From: an uncultured Rhabdochlamydiaceae bacterium
GTDB taxonomy: Bacteria > Chlamydiota > Chlamydiia > Chlamydiales > Rhabdochlamydiaceae
Reading direction: 5' to 3'
Assembly: GCA_963712275.1 (NCBI GenBank)
Contig: CAVQHD010000001.1
Span: 352,001-416,000, forward strand
DNA length: 64,000 bases
A program made the position numbers and the translations under genes. Below the pieces are notes generated by a model. The model saw only the letters and a list, made by a program, of their open reading frames with translations, searched no databases and was not told where the DNA came from. Positions 9,697 through 20,252 of this stretch are shown in pieces (position 1 is the first letter of the stretch; every line of letters starts with the position of its first letter).

Positions 9697-10350
9697 TTAG
9701 GTTTTTGCAGAATAGGGCATAGAAATAGGCCTATATTCATAAGGGCAAGTTACTGAAATCGAGCAAGAAGAATCGGTGACAACTGGAAGAAGGCACCGTT
9801 CAAGATGCTCCACACGAATTTTTGTTTTATCAGAAGAAACCTGCATGAGCTCTCTGCTATGATAAAGGCCAGGAGGAGCTACCGTTGTAATGCGCTTTTT
9901 GGGGAACCATTCTCTTACCATCCGAATGGCGGGTGTAAGATCGGAATCATTCGACACAACAAGGGCACGGTCAAAGCGATTTCCATAGGCTAAATTGAGA
10001 AGAAATAGTGCAATATTAACATCCGTTTCTTTCTCTTCATGACCAACCCACTTGTGGTTACAAGCAGGACATTTTCTATTCTTGATTTTGAACTGTCCAA
10101 GAATGGGTATAATTCCCCGCAATTTTAAAGCCCGAATATATGTTTTTTGGCATTCTTGCTTAGACTTATCAACATGCTCTGCATAGGCTGAGAAATAGAA
10201 TGTTTCGCAGAGTTCTTCTGAATAAGACTTTAGGAATACTTTCGAAAGGGCTCTTAAATCTACCCATTTTAATTCCGGACGATGAAGATTTGAAATAGCA
10301 TGATAGAGGTTAAAACCGTCGATAAAAGAGATAACCCCTTGTCGATTCAT
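9697..10350 (-). CDS. NYN-domain (LabA/DUF88, PIN-like) ribonuclease
   Basis: IDGFNLYH, EKETDVNIA and SNDSDL acidic motifs, plus a CxxC insert. Confidence 0.88.
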   Translation of the reverse strand: MNRQGVISFIDGFNLYHAISNLHRPELKWVDLRALSKVFLKSYSEELCETFYFSAYAEHVDKSKQECQKTYIRALKLRGIIPILGQFKIKNRKCPACNHKWVGHEEKETDVNIALFLLNLAYGNRFDRALVVSNDSDLTPAIRMVREWFPKKRITTVAPPGLYHSRELMQVSSDKTKIRVEHLERCLLPVVTDSSCSISVTCPYEYRPISMPYSAKT

Positions 10351-10359
10351 GATTGCTCG

Positions 10360-10419
10360 AAAAAACGTGCCGCGGGTCGGAACCCGCGGCTTTCCCACGA
10401 AATGATCATGGGGGACTAT
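10360..10419 (-). ncRNA. Putative ~60-nt structured leader/small RNA ending in an intrinsic terminator
   Basis: Minus strand: CCCAUGA-UCAUU-UCGUGGG hairpin, then GCCGCGGGU-UCCG-ACCCGCGGC hairpin followed by ACG-U6. Confidence 0.5.
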
Positions 10420-10425
10420 GCACTT

Positions 10426-10454
10426 ATGATAATGGGTTATAGTGTTTTCTGCAA
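10426..10454 (-). promoter_or_regulatory. sigma66/70-type promoter TTGCAG-N17-TATCAT
   Basis: -35 at 10454-10449, -10 at 10431-10426, 17-bp spacer. Confidence 0.55.
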
Positions 10455-10487
10455 ACTAGAAAGATCTGTATTCAAAAAACAACCACT

Positions 10488-10913
10488 TTACTCCTCTACA
10501 ATCTCAGGGTATTTTTCTGGATCTGCTAAGCAATACTTTTCACCAAAACTGCCGGGAAGATGCTCCGCTACAGTAACAAACTTCCGTCCTTGAAACCCAC
10601 CGCGCTCTTGGTGCTTTTCCTCTTGAAGACGAATAATATCTTGTAAAGTCACGCCATACAGATCGCAAAGAGAAGTGATAACCTCTAAAACATCTGCAAG
10701 TTCTTCCAGTACAGATTCTTTTGTTTTTGCGCTGCAAACTTCCTGCGCTTCCTCCAGAAATTTTACTTTAAGCTGCTCTAAAAACTCATCGGTGCCCAGC
10801 ATTGACCAAGAAATTTTAGATCCCATTTGCTCCAAACGCTCAACAGCCTTGTCTCTCCATAATTTATTTTGTTTAAACTTTCGAAATTTCACATGAGCTT
10901 CTTCTATGATCAC
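10488..10913 (-). CDS. All-alpha NTP pyrophosphohydrolase (MazG/HisE superfamily)
   Basis: NKLWRDK, LEEAQE, EELADVLEV and RGGF motifs. Confidence 0.82.
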   Translation of the reverse strand: MIIEEAHVKFRKFKQNKLWRDKAVERLEQMGSKISWSMLGTDEFLEQLKVKFLEEAQEVCSAKTKESVLEELADVLEVITSLCDLYGVTLQDIIRLQEEKHQERGGFQGRKFVTVAEHLPGSFGEKYCLADPEKYPEIVEE

Positions 10914-11055
10914 ATATGTCTCCTTATATTAAGCGTAATATAACTGTTTTGATCTTGTCAGACTATATATTTTATTTTTTAAAATTTGAAAAATAACAAG
11001 GATTATGTTAAAATGTTTTTGTTTTTGCAGGGTAAATAGACTTAAGGAGCGTTCG

Positions 11056-12480
11056 ATGTCAATTAGCCGTTTAAATTTTTTAAACTTACAAGCGCAAGCC
11101 TTCTCCCCTTTTTTTCAACAAAACTGGAAAAAAATTGCGTTGTTAGTTGGAGGGGTCGTTCTTACTTGTATTGCACGCATGGTTTATTCCAAGTTCTCGC
11201 CTCCCAGTAAAGACCCAAAAAAGACAGCTACCCCTCTTAACCCGCCTCCTGCAAACCCCATCCCCAATCGCACCTCTCCTCCTGCGACCCAGGAGCAACA
11301 GGGACCCACAATATTAACCCGCTCTTCAACTCCAACGGGGAATCAAGGAAAAAAACGTTGCCCTCCTCAATTGTTTCTAAAAACTCTGACTGGGAGGACA
11401 ATCACTGCCCAACTGACTTCAACTCAAACGTTGATAGACTTTGTCAGCAATGTAACCCAAGAGCTCAATCCTCAGTCTGACCCTATGGGACCGTCTTATC
11501 ATGAGATACGGATTATAGTCGGGGGAAAGCTTTTAAATACTGCTGGGACCGAATACCTTACGATGGAAGAGTTAAATGACTATTATCAATTTCAACTAAT
11601 AAATAGAATTGATATTGTCTTAAATACAATGAGTCCTGACGCTGCCAGCATTTGCTACTTGCTTCTACAAGAACAGAAAGAAACCATTAATAGAATATGT
11701 TTGTTTGATGATGACATAGATGAGAAAGAAAATAAAAAAAATGCTGTGCAAGCTTTCCAAGCAGCTGTTCATTCGTACTGCGATCGGATTATGAGGGGTA
11801 AGTTTTCAGCAGCAAGCAATCCTGAGTTAGAGACACTAAAAACCGTATTTTCTACAATCATTCAGAAACTCTCGCCAGAAGCCGATGACCCCCAGAGTAT
11901 ACACTATCGAGCAAAAAAATATTTTAATTATCTTTTAGATAAGGTTTCCATTGCCTCAACCCTCTTTCAAAAATCTTACGACAGCCTTTTGCAGGAAATC
12001 GATATGAAATTGAAAACAATGCCTTCTCCGACTCGTGAATCAGGATCTTCATTCTCTGTTCGTTTAAAGAATTGCTTTTATCCCTTTAGCTCTTTAGATA
12101 CGTTGGCACAACATTCCGACTACTTTAATGCATTTAAACACATGAACCCATCTTCCTTCACTTGCACAATCGACGCAGGAACAGATCAAAGGATCGATGA
12201 AGGGATCTGCGCGGCGCTGAAATCCGCTTTATCGTATTTACAAGGGAACGCAATTGACCTCTCAGAGCCGTACTCTCTTCTTCAAGCCGCTCTCTTTTTA
12301 CAAATCCCTCGTTTAGTATTAATGTGTGAAGAAGCCTTAATTAAGGCTGTTCAAGACGATCCAGATAATATTAATATGCAAGGATTTACCGACTCGGACT
12401 TGCGCTTGCTCAAAGTACAAGCTCCCTACTTTTATCAAGCTTTAAATTTAGCAGGGAAGATCCAAGGGAACCAAGTCTAA
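11056..12480 (+). CDS. Eukaryote-like effector candidate: N-terminal TM, Pro-rich linker, ubiquitin-like domain, C-terminal BTB/POZ-like domain
   Basis: QLFLKTLTGRTIT...RIIVGGKLL matches ubiquitin QIFVKTLTGKTIT...RLIFAGKQL; LAQHSDYF...LLQAALFLQIPRLVLMCE is BTB-like; AAGGAG RBS precedes 11056. Confidence 0.7.
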   Translation: MSISRLNFLNLQAQAFSPFFQQNWKKIALLVGGVVLTCIARMVYSKFSPPSKDPKKTATPLNPPPANPIPNRTSPPATQEQQGPTILTRSSTPTGNQGKKRCPPQLFLKTLTGRTITAQLTSTQTLIDFVSNVTQELNPQSDPMGPSYHEIRIIVGGKLLNTAGTEYLTMEELNDYYQFQLINRIDIVLNTMSPDAASICYLLLQEQKETINRICLFDDDIDEKENKKNAVQAFQAAVHSYCDRIMRGKFSAASNPELETLKTVFSTIIQKLSPEADDPQSIHYRAKKYFNYLLDKVSIASTLFQKSYDSLLQEIDMKLKTMPSPTRESGSSFSVRLKNCFYPFSSLDTLAQHSDYFNAFKHMNPSSFTCTIDAGTDQRIDEGICAALKSALSYLQGNAIDLSEPYSLLQAALFLQIPRLVLMCEEALIKAVQDDPDNINMQGFTDSDLRLLKVQAPYFYQALNLAGKIQGNQV

Positions 12481-12484
12481 CCGG

Positions 12485-13852
12485 TTATTTCCCAACGCAA
12501 AACTTGGAAAAGATAGCGCTTAAGATCTCTTCGGCAATGTCTTGGCCGATAATGGTCCCAAGCTCTCTTAGGGCTGCTCGCATATCGGCGGATAAAAATT
12601 CGGGGGAGACTCCTTTCTTGAGCCCTTCGATGACTTGATACACGCTTTGAATCGCATGGTCAAGCGCTTGCCAATGCCGAACATGCGTAATGACCACTTC
12701 TTCCTTGGAGGGGGCTCCCCGTTTCCAAATTTTTGCCTGAATCGTTTCTTTAAGCTGGGCAAGGCCACGTCCTTCTTTTGCTGAAATAGGGATTGCCTCG
12801 GGAGGAGGCGTGTGAGGCGAGGAAAGATCGACTTTATTCCAGATAAGCAGAGTGCTGGAAGAGGGGGTCTGGCTTAAAATTGCTTGATCTTGCGCTTCGA
12901 TTCCACGAGAGGCATCGAGAACAACCAAAATGAGGTCGGCTTCTTTAAGCGCTTGAAAGGAGCGGCGGATTCCTTCTTGTTCAACCGTTTCATGGGCCTG
13001 CCGAATGCCCGCTGTATCGACAAGCCGAAAATGAAGTCCTCCAATGCTTAGATCGGCCTCTAGGAGATCGCGTGTAGTCCCTGGAATGTCAGTGACGATC
13101 GCCCGATCTTTGCCAAGCAGGGCATTCATGAGAGACGATTTCCCTACATTGGGAGCGCCGGCTAAACAAAGAGTGAGCCCCTCATGGAGCATCTTCCCTT
13201 CCTCAAATGTTTGACTAAGCGCCCCCATCTCTTGGGCCACTTTTAAAAGGGATAGAGTGATCTCTGGGGCAGAGGCAAATTCGAGCCCTTCTTCGGGAAA
13301 ATCGACCCAGGCTTCTAAAATGGCCGCAATCTCTATCAGCTCTTTTTGAAACTGCTGAATTTTTTTCGACAAAGCTCCTTGCAGCTGACTTTCCGCCGCC
13401 TGCAGCGCTAAATCATTTTTTGCTGCGATCAGAGCTTGAATCGCCTCCGCTTGGGCAAGGTCGAGCTTTCCATTCATATAAGCCTTAAAGGTAAACTCTC
13501 CTGGAAGCGCTGCGCGTGCTCCCGCGTTAAGGACGGTCTGGAGAACCCGCCTAGTGATGAGGCTGCCGCCATGGCAATAAATTTCAACGGTCTCTTCTCC
13601 GGTGTAGGAGTGAGGCGCCTGCATTACAGCGATGAGAACTTCGTCGATGATTTGCCCTTTTTGATCGACGATCTTCCCGTAGTGCATCGTATGGCTCCGG
13701 TAAGAGCGCAGAGGTCCTGAATAAATCAGCGTCGCTATATCGACGGCTTGGGCTCCTGAAATACGAATGATGGCAACGCCGCCCTCTCCGGGAGGAGTGG
13801 CAACTGCAGCAATGGTTTCGCCTGGAATATAAGGACGATGAATAAAATGCAT
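12485..13852 (-). CDS. mnmE: tRNA modification GTPase MnmE
   Basis: GAPNVGKSS, GTTRD, DTAG, NKVD and C-terminal FCVGK. Confidence 0.97.
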   Translation of the reverse strand: MHFIHRPYIPGETIAAVATPPGEGGVAIIRISGAQAVDIATLIYSGPLRSYRSHTMHYGKIVDQKGQIIDEVLIAVMQAPHSYTGEETVEIYCHGGSLITRRVLQTVLNAGARAALPGEFTFKAYMNGKLDLAQAEAIQALIAAKNDLALQAAESQLQGALSKKIQQFQKELIEIAAILEAWVDFPEEGLEFASAPEITLSLLKVAQEMGALSQTFEEGKMLHEGLTLCLAGAPNVGKSSLMNALLGKDRAIVTDIPGTTRDLLEADLSIGGLHFRLVDTAGIRQAHETVEQEGIRRSFQALKEADLILVVLDASRGIEAQDQAILSQTPSSSTLLIWNKVDLSSPHTPPPEAIPISAKEGRGLAQLKETIQAKIWKRGAPSKEEVVITHVRHWQALDHAIQSVYQVIEGLKKGVSPEFLSADMRAALRELGTIIGQDIAEEILSAIFSKFCVGK

Positions 13853-13873
13853 AAAATTGAGGTTATTATACTC

Positions 13874-14461
13874 TTACAGCGAGCGGAGAGCCAGCGTAAT
13901 CAGCTCGGAGAGAGAGGGTTCTTTCGCTTGCTCGTGAAGAATTTTTTTAATTGTCTTCTGTACTTCCAGGGGGTGATAGCCCAGATTAGCGAGGGCAGAG
14001 ATCGTGTCTGCAACGACAGAGCCTCCTTTAACTGAAGGATTGGTATCCGAGCGAGGGATATTTTGAAATTTATCTTTAAGCTCGATGATGAGCCGCTCGG
14101 CTGTTTTCTTCCCAATACCGGGGATCTTTGAAAGGAGGGGGCTATTGGCCTGCAAGACGGCAAGTTGAAAGTCGGTTACATCAACATGCCCAAGGATGGC
14201 AACGGCTGTCTTGGGTCCAATTCCACTAATCGCTGTCAGGTTGTGAAATAAATTTTTTTCATCCACGGTCAAAAACCCATATAATGTGTGCCCATCTTCG
14301 CGGATCACAGGCGCCACATAAAGGAAAATTTCAGAGCCTATTTGAGGAAGCTTTTGAAATGTTTTAAGAGAGATCTGGATTGCATATCCGACTCCACCCA
14401 CATCCAGAATTGCTTTTGTCGGTGTCGATTGAACTAACTGACCGCGGAAAAATTCAAACAT
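13874..14461 (-). CDS. ruvA: Holliday junction branch-migration protein RuvA
   Basis: GVGY, LYGF and HhH motifs GIGPKTA/GIGKKTA. Confidence 0.95.
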   Translation of the reverse strand: MFEFFRGQLVQSTPTKAILDVGGVGYAIQISLKTFQKLPQIGSEIFLYVAPVIREDGHTLYGFLTVDEKNLFHNLTAISGIGPKTAVAILGHVDVTDFQLAVLQANSPLLSKIPGIGKKTAERLIIELKDKFQNIPRSDTNPSVKGGSVVADTISALANLGYHPLEVQKTIKKILHEQAKEPSLSELITLALRSL

Positions 14462-14963
14462 CTAATAGACCTCCTGCGTAACTAAGGGTTCGTCTACTCT
14501 TATAATTGGCATGGCAGATTGCAATCGCAAGCGCATCGGCTGCATCTGCAGGTTGAGGAGGATGTGAAAGGCCAAGCTCTACTTGAACCCTTTGCTGCAC
14601 TTGATGTTTACTTGCGGCTCCATGGCCCACAACGGCAAGCTTGACTTTTCGTGGGGCATACTCAAACAACGGAACCTTCCACCGTGCAGCTGCAATACCA
14701 ACCGCTCCTTGAGCTCTTCCAAGTTTGAGCGCGCTTTGCACATTTTTATAAACGAATTGACTTTCAACTGCAACAGCTTCTGGGCAAAATTGTTTAATCA
14801 GATGTTCGATTGCCTCAAAAATGACGAGATATTTCTCATTCCCTTTTGCGGTAGGCGGCGGACGAATAGCTCCAAAATCAAGTGGAATCCATGATCGATT
14901 TTGAGCTTGAATCACCCCATAACCCGTCACCTGCGTTCCGGGATCAATGCCGAGAATGATCAC
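14454..14963 (-). CDS. ruvC: Holliday junction resolvase RuvC
   Basis: ILGIDPG...DAADALAIA. Confidence 0.96.
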   Translation of the reverse strand: MIILGIDPGTQVTGYGVIQAQNRSWIPLDFGAIRPPPTAKGNEKYLVIFEAIEHLIKQFCPEAVAVESQFVYKNVQSALKLGRAQGAVGIAAARWKVPLFEYAPRKVKLAVVGHGAASKHQVQQRVQVELGLSHPPQPADAADALAIAICHANYKSRRTLSYAGGLLDV

Positions 14964-16858
14964 TTAAACCCAATCATGTCTTTCACAATGTTGACAGCCT
15001 CCTCCATTTGCAGATCACTCAGTCCAATGTCAAGATTCTCTTCTCCCATGTGTTTTAGGAAGGTCTGAAAATCAGGATTGTGGTCGATCCGGTATTGACT
15101 ATTGGCTTTAAGTGTGGGGAGCATTTGAACCCATGCAGATTCTTTTTTCTGCAGGTGGGGAAGATAATTTTTCTGGAACCAGAGCCTGGTTGAGCCATGG
15201 ATGTCTGTGAGAGGATCCATATAGGCAGGTGCAATTTGATCATTTTTGAGAGCATACTCAAGATACCGCTCGCCAATGTTATAGGGAGCATAGGCTGTGG
15301 GAACATGAACATCGGCCTGAACTCCTTCGATTTGGGTTGACCGTCCGGAAACGGTATAATATTTTCCAACGGTGACTTTAAAATAAGCCACAGCAGAAGG
15401 ATCTGTGACCGTTTGATACTGAATCGATCCTTTCCCATAGGTTCGAGAGTCGCCCACGACAAGCCCAATCCCATAATCTTGGAGCCCCTGCGCAACGATC
15501 TCTGCAGCAGAGGCCGACATTTTAGACGTCAAAATGACAAGAGGTCCATTGTAATAGACACGAGGATCAATATTTCTCATGTATTGGATTTCACCTTGGG
15601 CATATTTAGAAACAACCACCACCCCATTTGTCATGAAAAGCCCAGCCACCTTGACAGCTTGGCTCAAAAATCCTCCAAGATTATCTCGCATATCGAGAAC
15701 AAGCCCCAAAAGATTCCCTTGCTTTTTCAGCTGCCGGAGCGCCTCTCGAATATCGGCTTCACAACTAGGAGCGCCAGAACTTTCATAAAAAGAGGGAAGC
15801 ATGATTTTCCCAATGATTCCATCACCGAAAGGCTCTGCTGAATAGATCAGCCTCTCATCTTCGAGGACAATTTTTTCACGCTTTAAAGCAACCTTAACAA
15901 ATGACTCTGTATTATCATCTAGGTTCCGCTTCAAGCCAAGGTCAATCTCTTTCTTCCCATCCCCTTTCAATTGCTCAAGCACTTCATAATAAGAGCTGCT
16001 TGCCATAGGACGCCCATTCACTTCAATTAGAAGATCACCGACGCGAACCTGCCCCGATTTAGCTGCAGGACCTCCCTTGATGAGGTCAACAATTTCAATC
16101 CCATCGAGTCCCTCCCTTAAAACAACCCCAATACCTTCCAACTGCTTTTCCAAAGATGAGCGCATTTCATACGCCTCTTGGGGGCTGAAATAAGCCGTGT
16201 GGGCATCGAGCCCTCGAGACATCGCCTTTAAAATGTGCAAGGCAAAGTCGTGCTGCCCTCCTGTTTGCGATGGGACGTAGGCGCTTTCATAATGGGCAAA
16301 CCTCTTCTCAAAAAGGGCGCAGATCTTTTGCCGCCGCTGCTGGGTCCAAAACTCAGCATTTCCTCCACGATTTTCCAAAAGGAAAAGATGGAGTAGCTGG
16401 GCTCGAAGCCTTTTTCGCAACGCCTCTGCGTTTGATGCATATTGAGCCGATGCATCGTTTGCAACTTGAAGGACATCCCCTTTTTTAAGAAAATCTGCGT
16501 AAAATTCCTGCCTCCAAGCACGAGAGCGCAAAACAGCTTGAACAATGACTTGATTAAGGGTTGCAAATTCAGGGTATTCATCAGCGAAATAGTGATCGAT
16601 AATCTGTTCAATTTGAGAGGAGTTGATATCAAAAAAAGGCTTAACATCTGCAAGAGTAAAGTAGATTTTTTGAGCATCAAACTGCTCGATAAAGTTTTTA
16701 AACGCCCTTTTCATCAGAGTCGGCGTCATTTCACGAGTTTCGACGTGATAACTGAACATCTCTTCCATGGAGTTCCGGATATCTGTTAACCTGAGTTCAT
16801 GGCGAGCCGCTTGAAGAGAAACAGCGACAAGCGTAAAAAAAAGAAATATTAGCCTCAT
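14960..16858 (-). CDS. tsp: Tail-specific protease (S41, PDZ)
   Basis: Signal peptide, PDZ GIGV, DMRDNLGG, SASAAEI and TYGKGSIQ motifs. Confidence 0.9.
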   Translation of the reverse strand: MRLIFLFFTLVAVSLQAARHELRLTDIRNSMEEMFSYHVETREMTPTLMKRAFKNFIEQFDAQKIYFTLADVKPFFDINSSQIEQIIDHYFADEYPEFATLNQVIVQAVLRSRAWRQEFYADFLKKGDVLQVANDASAQYASNAEALRKRLRAQLLHLFLLENRGGNAEFWTQQRRQKICALFEKRFAHYESAYVPSQTGGQHDFALHILKAMSRGLDAHTAYFSPQEAYEMRSSLEKQLEGIGVVLREGLDGIEIVDLIKGGPAAKSGQVRVGDLLIEVNGRPMASSSYYEVLEQLKGDGKKEIDLGLKRNLDDNTESFVKVALKREKIVLEDERLIYSAEPFGDGIIGKIMLPSFYESSGAPSCEADIREALRQLKKQGNLLGLVLDMRDNLGGFLSQAVKVAGLFMTNGVVVVSKYAQGEIQYMRNIDPRVYYNGPLVILTSKMSASAAEIVAQGLQDYGIGLVVGDSRTYGKGSIQYQTVTDPSAVAYFKVTVGKYYTVSGRSTQIEGVQADVHVPTAYAPYNIGERYLEYALKNDQIAPAYMDPLTDIHGSTRLWFQKNYLPHLQKKESAWVQMLPTLKANSQYRIDHNPDFQTFLKHMGEENLDIGLSDLQMEEAVNIVKDMIGFK

Positions 16859-16936
16859 ATTGCCTTGTCTATTAAAATACTTAGAGGCAATTAAATTGCA
16901 CTCCTAATTTTTTTTGGTGATCTCGGATGTTAAATT

Positions 16937-17069
16937 ATTTCTTCACCACCGAGACACGGAGAGGGATGAGATTGCACAGAGAAATTCTTCTCTCTGTGCA
17001 ATCTCATCCCTCTCCGTGTCTCGGTGGTGAAGAAATGTAAATAAGCACGAGTGGGCAAAAGTTTCAAAT
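16937..17069. repeat. Long palindromic (REP/MITE-like) element, copy 1
   Basis: Perfect 46-bp arms 16937-16982 and 16991-17036; the tail to 17069 matches the outer arm of copy 2. Confidence 0.9.
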
Positions 17070-17113
17070 ATCTGCTCTAGTTTCCTATATCTTGCAAGAG
17101 AGTTAAAGGGTGT

Positions 17114-17143
17114 TTGCAAAATAATCTCGCAATAAGCTATAGT
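17114..17143 (+). promoter_or_regulatory. Putative rpsL promoter TTGCAA-N18-TATAGT
   Basis: Consensus-like hexamers about 40 bp upstream of rpsL. Confidence 0.45.
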
Positions 17144-17184
17144 TGCTTCTGAAAAACAGTTTTTCCATTTGTGAAGGAATATGA

Positions 17185-17556
17185 ATGCCAACAATTAACC
17201 AGTTAGTCCGATCAGGTCGACGTAGAAAAGAAAAACGTCGGAAATCCCCAGCCTTGCAGCAATCTCCCCAAAAGCGAGGGGTTTGTTTACAGGTGAAGAC
17301 TAAAACTCCAAAGAAGCCAAACTCAGCCCTTCGTAAAGTAGCCTGGGTCCGCCTTTCCAATGGTCAAGAAGTGATCGCCTATATTGGCGGCGAGGGGCAT
17401 AACCTCCAAGAGCACAGCATTGTGCTTGTGCGCGGAGGACGAGTTAAAGACCTTCCTGGTGTTCGTTACCACATCGTGCGCGGATCGTTGGATTGCGCTG
17501 CGGTTAAAGATCGCAAGCAAAGCAGATCCAAATATGGGGCTAAACAGCCCAAGTAG
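17185..17556 (+). CDS. rpsL: 30S ribosomal protein S12
   Basis: MPTINQL...[10 protein letters not shown]...[10 protein letters not shown]. Confidence 0.99.
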   Translation: MPTINQLVRSGRRRKEKRRKSPALQQSPQKRGVCLQVKTKTPKKPNSALRKVAWVRLSNGQEVIAYIGGEGHNLQEHSIVLVRGGRVKDLPGVRYHIVRGSLDCAAVKDRKQSRSKYGAKQPK

Positions 17557-17652
17557 TAATTGAGGATAATTTCTAAAAATTATTCTAACTCAGTTTGAGT
17601 TTGCTCCTACAAAGGAGTGCAGTGAAGAATTTAAATTAGAAGGAATAAAGTT

Positions 17653-18123
17653 ATGTCACGTCGACGACGCGCTACCAAGCGTACTATTGAGCCAGATCCG
17701 CTGTATAACAGCTGTCTTTTGGCAAAATTTATCAATAAAGTAATGATCAGCGGGAAGAAATCGACTGCCCGCAAGATCGTTTATAATGCGCTCGAAATAT
17801 TTGCTAAAAAAATTAAAGCCGAAGATCCTCTTCCCGCTTTTGAACAAGCGATTGAAAATGCAAAACCAACTCTGGAAGTGAAATCTCGACGGATTGGCGG
17901 TGCTACTTATCAAGTCCCCGTGGAAATTCCTGGCGACCGCCGCACATCGATGGCAATGAAATGGATTATTCATTTTGCCAATGAAAAAGTGGGTCGCTCA
18001 ATGACAGAAGGGCTTGCAGACGAACTAGTTGACAGTCACAACAATCAAGGTTCTGCCATTAAGAAGCGAGACGACACACATAAAATGGCAGAGGCTAACA
18101 AAGCTTTTGCTCACTACAAATAG
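17653..18123 (+). CDS. rpsG: 30S ribosomal protein S7
   Basis: RRIGGATYQVP and MAEANKAFAHY. Confidence 0.98.
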   Translation: MSRRRRATKRTIEPDPLYNSCLLAKFINKVMISGKKSTARKIVYNALEIFAKKIKAEDPLPAFEQAIENAKPTLEVKSRRIGGATYQVPVEIPGDRRTSMAMKWIIHFANEKVGRSMTEGLADELVDSHNNQGSAIKKRDDTHKMAEANKAFAHYK

Positions 18124-18140
18124 TGGGAGAATAAGAACAC

Positions 18141-20240
18141 ATGAGCCATCAGCTTAGCAAACGTCCAGAAACCGATGCCCTAGCAAATGTACGTAATATC
18201 GGCATCATGGCACATATCGATGCCGGCAAAACCACAACAACGGAGCGCATTCTTTATTATTCAGGACGTGTTCACCGAATGGGTGAAGTGCATGAAGGGG
18301 CGGCAACGATGGACTTCATGGAACAGGAACGAGAGCGCGGAATCACGATCACCTCCGCTTCAACAACTGTCTATTGGGCTGGAAGTAAAATTAATATTAT
18401 CGACACTCCAGGCCACGTCGATTTCACGATTGAAGTCGAACGGTCCCTTCGTGTACTCGATGGTGCCGTTGCTGTCTTCGATGCAGTTGCAGGAGTTCAG
18501 CCTCAATCTGAAACCGTATGGCGGCAAGCGACAAAATACGGCGTTCCTAGGATTGCCTTTGTCAATAAAATGGATCGCGTCGGAGCTGACTACTTTATGG
18601 CTGTCAATTCGATGAAAGAAAAACTCGGCGCTAATGCACTCATCGTTCACTGCCCTATCGGGTCTGAGTCTGAGTTTAAAGGAATGGTGGATCTGATCAC
18701 GATGAAAGCCTACCTATTCCTCGATGAGACCTTAGGCGCTAAATATACCCTTGCAGATATTCCGGCCGATCTAATGAGTAAATGTGAAGAGCTCCGTCAG
18801 AAAATGCTTGAAGAGCTTGCGACCATCGATGAGTCAAATGAAGATTTTATGATGAAGGTTCTTGAGAATCCCAAAATCCTCACTGAAGCAGAGATTCATG
18901 CGGTGATTCGAAAGGGGGTGATCTCCAATAAAATCAACCCCGTTCTCTGCGGAACAGCCTTTAAAAATAAAGGGATTCAGCCTCTGCTAGATGCCGTTGT
19001 TAAGTGGATGCCTTCTCCTCTCGATCGTGGAAACATCAAAGGAATCAATATCAAGTCAGGAGAGCCAATGGAGCTTGTTCCTGATGACAACAGCCCTCTT
19101 GCAGCCCTTGCTTTTAAAATCATGTCGGATCCTTACGTCGGCCGCTTGACGTTTGTTCGAATTTATACAGGAACCCTTTCTAAAGGAACAACGCTCATCA
19201 ATACGACAAAAGATAAGCGCGAGCGCGTCTCCCGCCTTCTTGAAATGCATGCAAATCAAAGGAAAGATCGGGATGAATTTTTCACTGGCGATATTGCCGC
19301 TTGCATTGGCCTTAAATACACATCGACTGGAGATACCCTCTGTTCCGAAGATCATGAACTCCTTCTAGAGAAAATGATCTTTCCAGATCCTGTAATTTCT
19401 ATGGCAATTGAACCCAAGTCGAAAGCCGATCGAGAAAAGCTTGCCCAAGCTCTCTCCTCACTCTCTGAAGAAGATCCCACCTTTCGTGTCTCTACAAACG
19501 AAGAAACAGGGCAAACACTCATTGCAGGCATGGGTGAGCTTCACCTGGAAATTCTTCGAGATCGGATGTTCCGTGAGTTTTCAGTTGAAGCCAATGTTGG
19601 TAAACCTGAAGTTGCCTATAAAGAAACAGTCACAATCCCTGGAAAAGTTGAGACAAAATATGTCAAACAATCAGGGGGTCGAGGCCAGTATGCTCACGTT
19701 TGCCTAGAGATTGAGCCTAATGAAAAAGGAAAAGGCAATGTGATCGAAAATGAAATTGTTGGCGGTGTCATTCCAAAAGAATATATTCCTGCTGTCATTA
19801 AAGGGATCGAAGATGGGCTTGCCACAGGCGTTCTCGCAAACTACCCGCTTGTCGATGTCACAGTCCGGATCGTCTATGGATCGTATCATGAAGTGGACTC
19901 TAGCGAGATGGCCTTTAAAATTTGCGGTTCCATTTCTGTAAAAGAAGGCGCTCGCAAATGTCAACCCGTTCTCCTTGAGCCCATCATGAAAGTGGTTGTT
20001 ACAACCCCTGAGCAGTTCATGGGAGATGTGATTGGAGATGTCAACCGTCGTCGAGGACGGATCATGAACCAGACAATGAACAAAGGAGTGATCGAAGTCG
20101 AATCGGAAATCCCTCTTGGAGAAATGTTCGGCTATTCGACCCAACTCCGTTCGATTACCTCAGGCCGCGGCATTTATTCGATGGAGTTCGCACACTTCGC
20201 ACAAGCGCCGGCAAAAATTTTACAAGAGCTTAAAAAATAA
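18141..20240 (+). CDS. fusA: Elongation factor G
   Basis: [19 protein letters not shown] and NKMD motifs. Confidence 0.99.
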   Translation: MSHQLSKRPETDALANVRNIGIMAHIDAGKTTTTERILYYSGRVHRMGEVHEGAATMDFMEQERERGITITSASTTVYWAGSKINIIDTPGHVDFTIEVERSLRVLDGAVAVFDAVAGVQPQSETVWRQATKYGVPRIAFVNKMDRVGADYFMAVNSMKEKLGANALIVHCPIGSESEFKGMVDLITMKAYLFLDETLGAKYTLADIPADLMSKCEELRQKMLEELATIDESNEDFMMKVLENPKILTEAEIHAVIRKGVISNKINPVLCGTAFKNKGIQPLLDAVVKWMPSPLDRGNIKGINIKSGEPMELVPDDNSPLAALAFKIMSDPYVGRLTFVRIYTGTLSKGTTLINTTKDKRERVSRLLEMHANQRKDRDEFFTGDIAACIGLKYTSTGDTLCSEDHELLLEKMIFPDPVISMAIEPKSKADREKLAQALSSLSEEDPTFRVSTNEETGQTLIAGMGELHLEILRDRMFREFSVEANVGKPEVAYKETVTIPGKVETKYVKQSGGRGQYAHVCLEIEPNEKGKGNVIENEIVGGVIPKEYIPAVIKGIEDGLATGVLANYPLVDVTVRIVYGSYHEVDSSEMAFKICGSISVKEGARKCQPVLLEPIMKVVVTTPEQFMGDVIGDVNRRRGRIMNQTMNKGVIEVESEIPLGEMFGYSTQLRSITSGRGIYSMEFAHFAQAPAKILQELKK

Positions 20241-20252
20241 GGAAATAAACTC

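Noticed and set aside
16943..17194. ORFs 16943-17194 and 23677-23865 (HHRDTE/HHRGTE peptides)
   Set aside because: They are translations of the palindromic repeat family.
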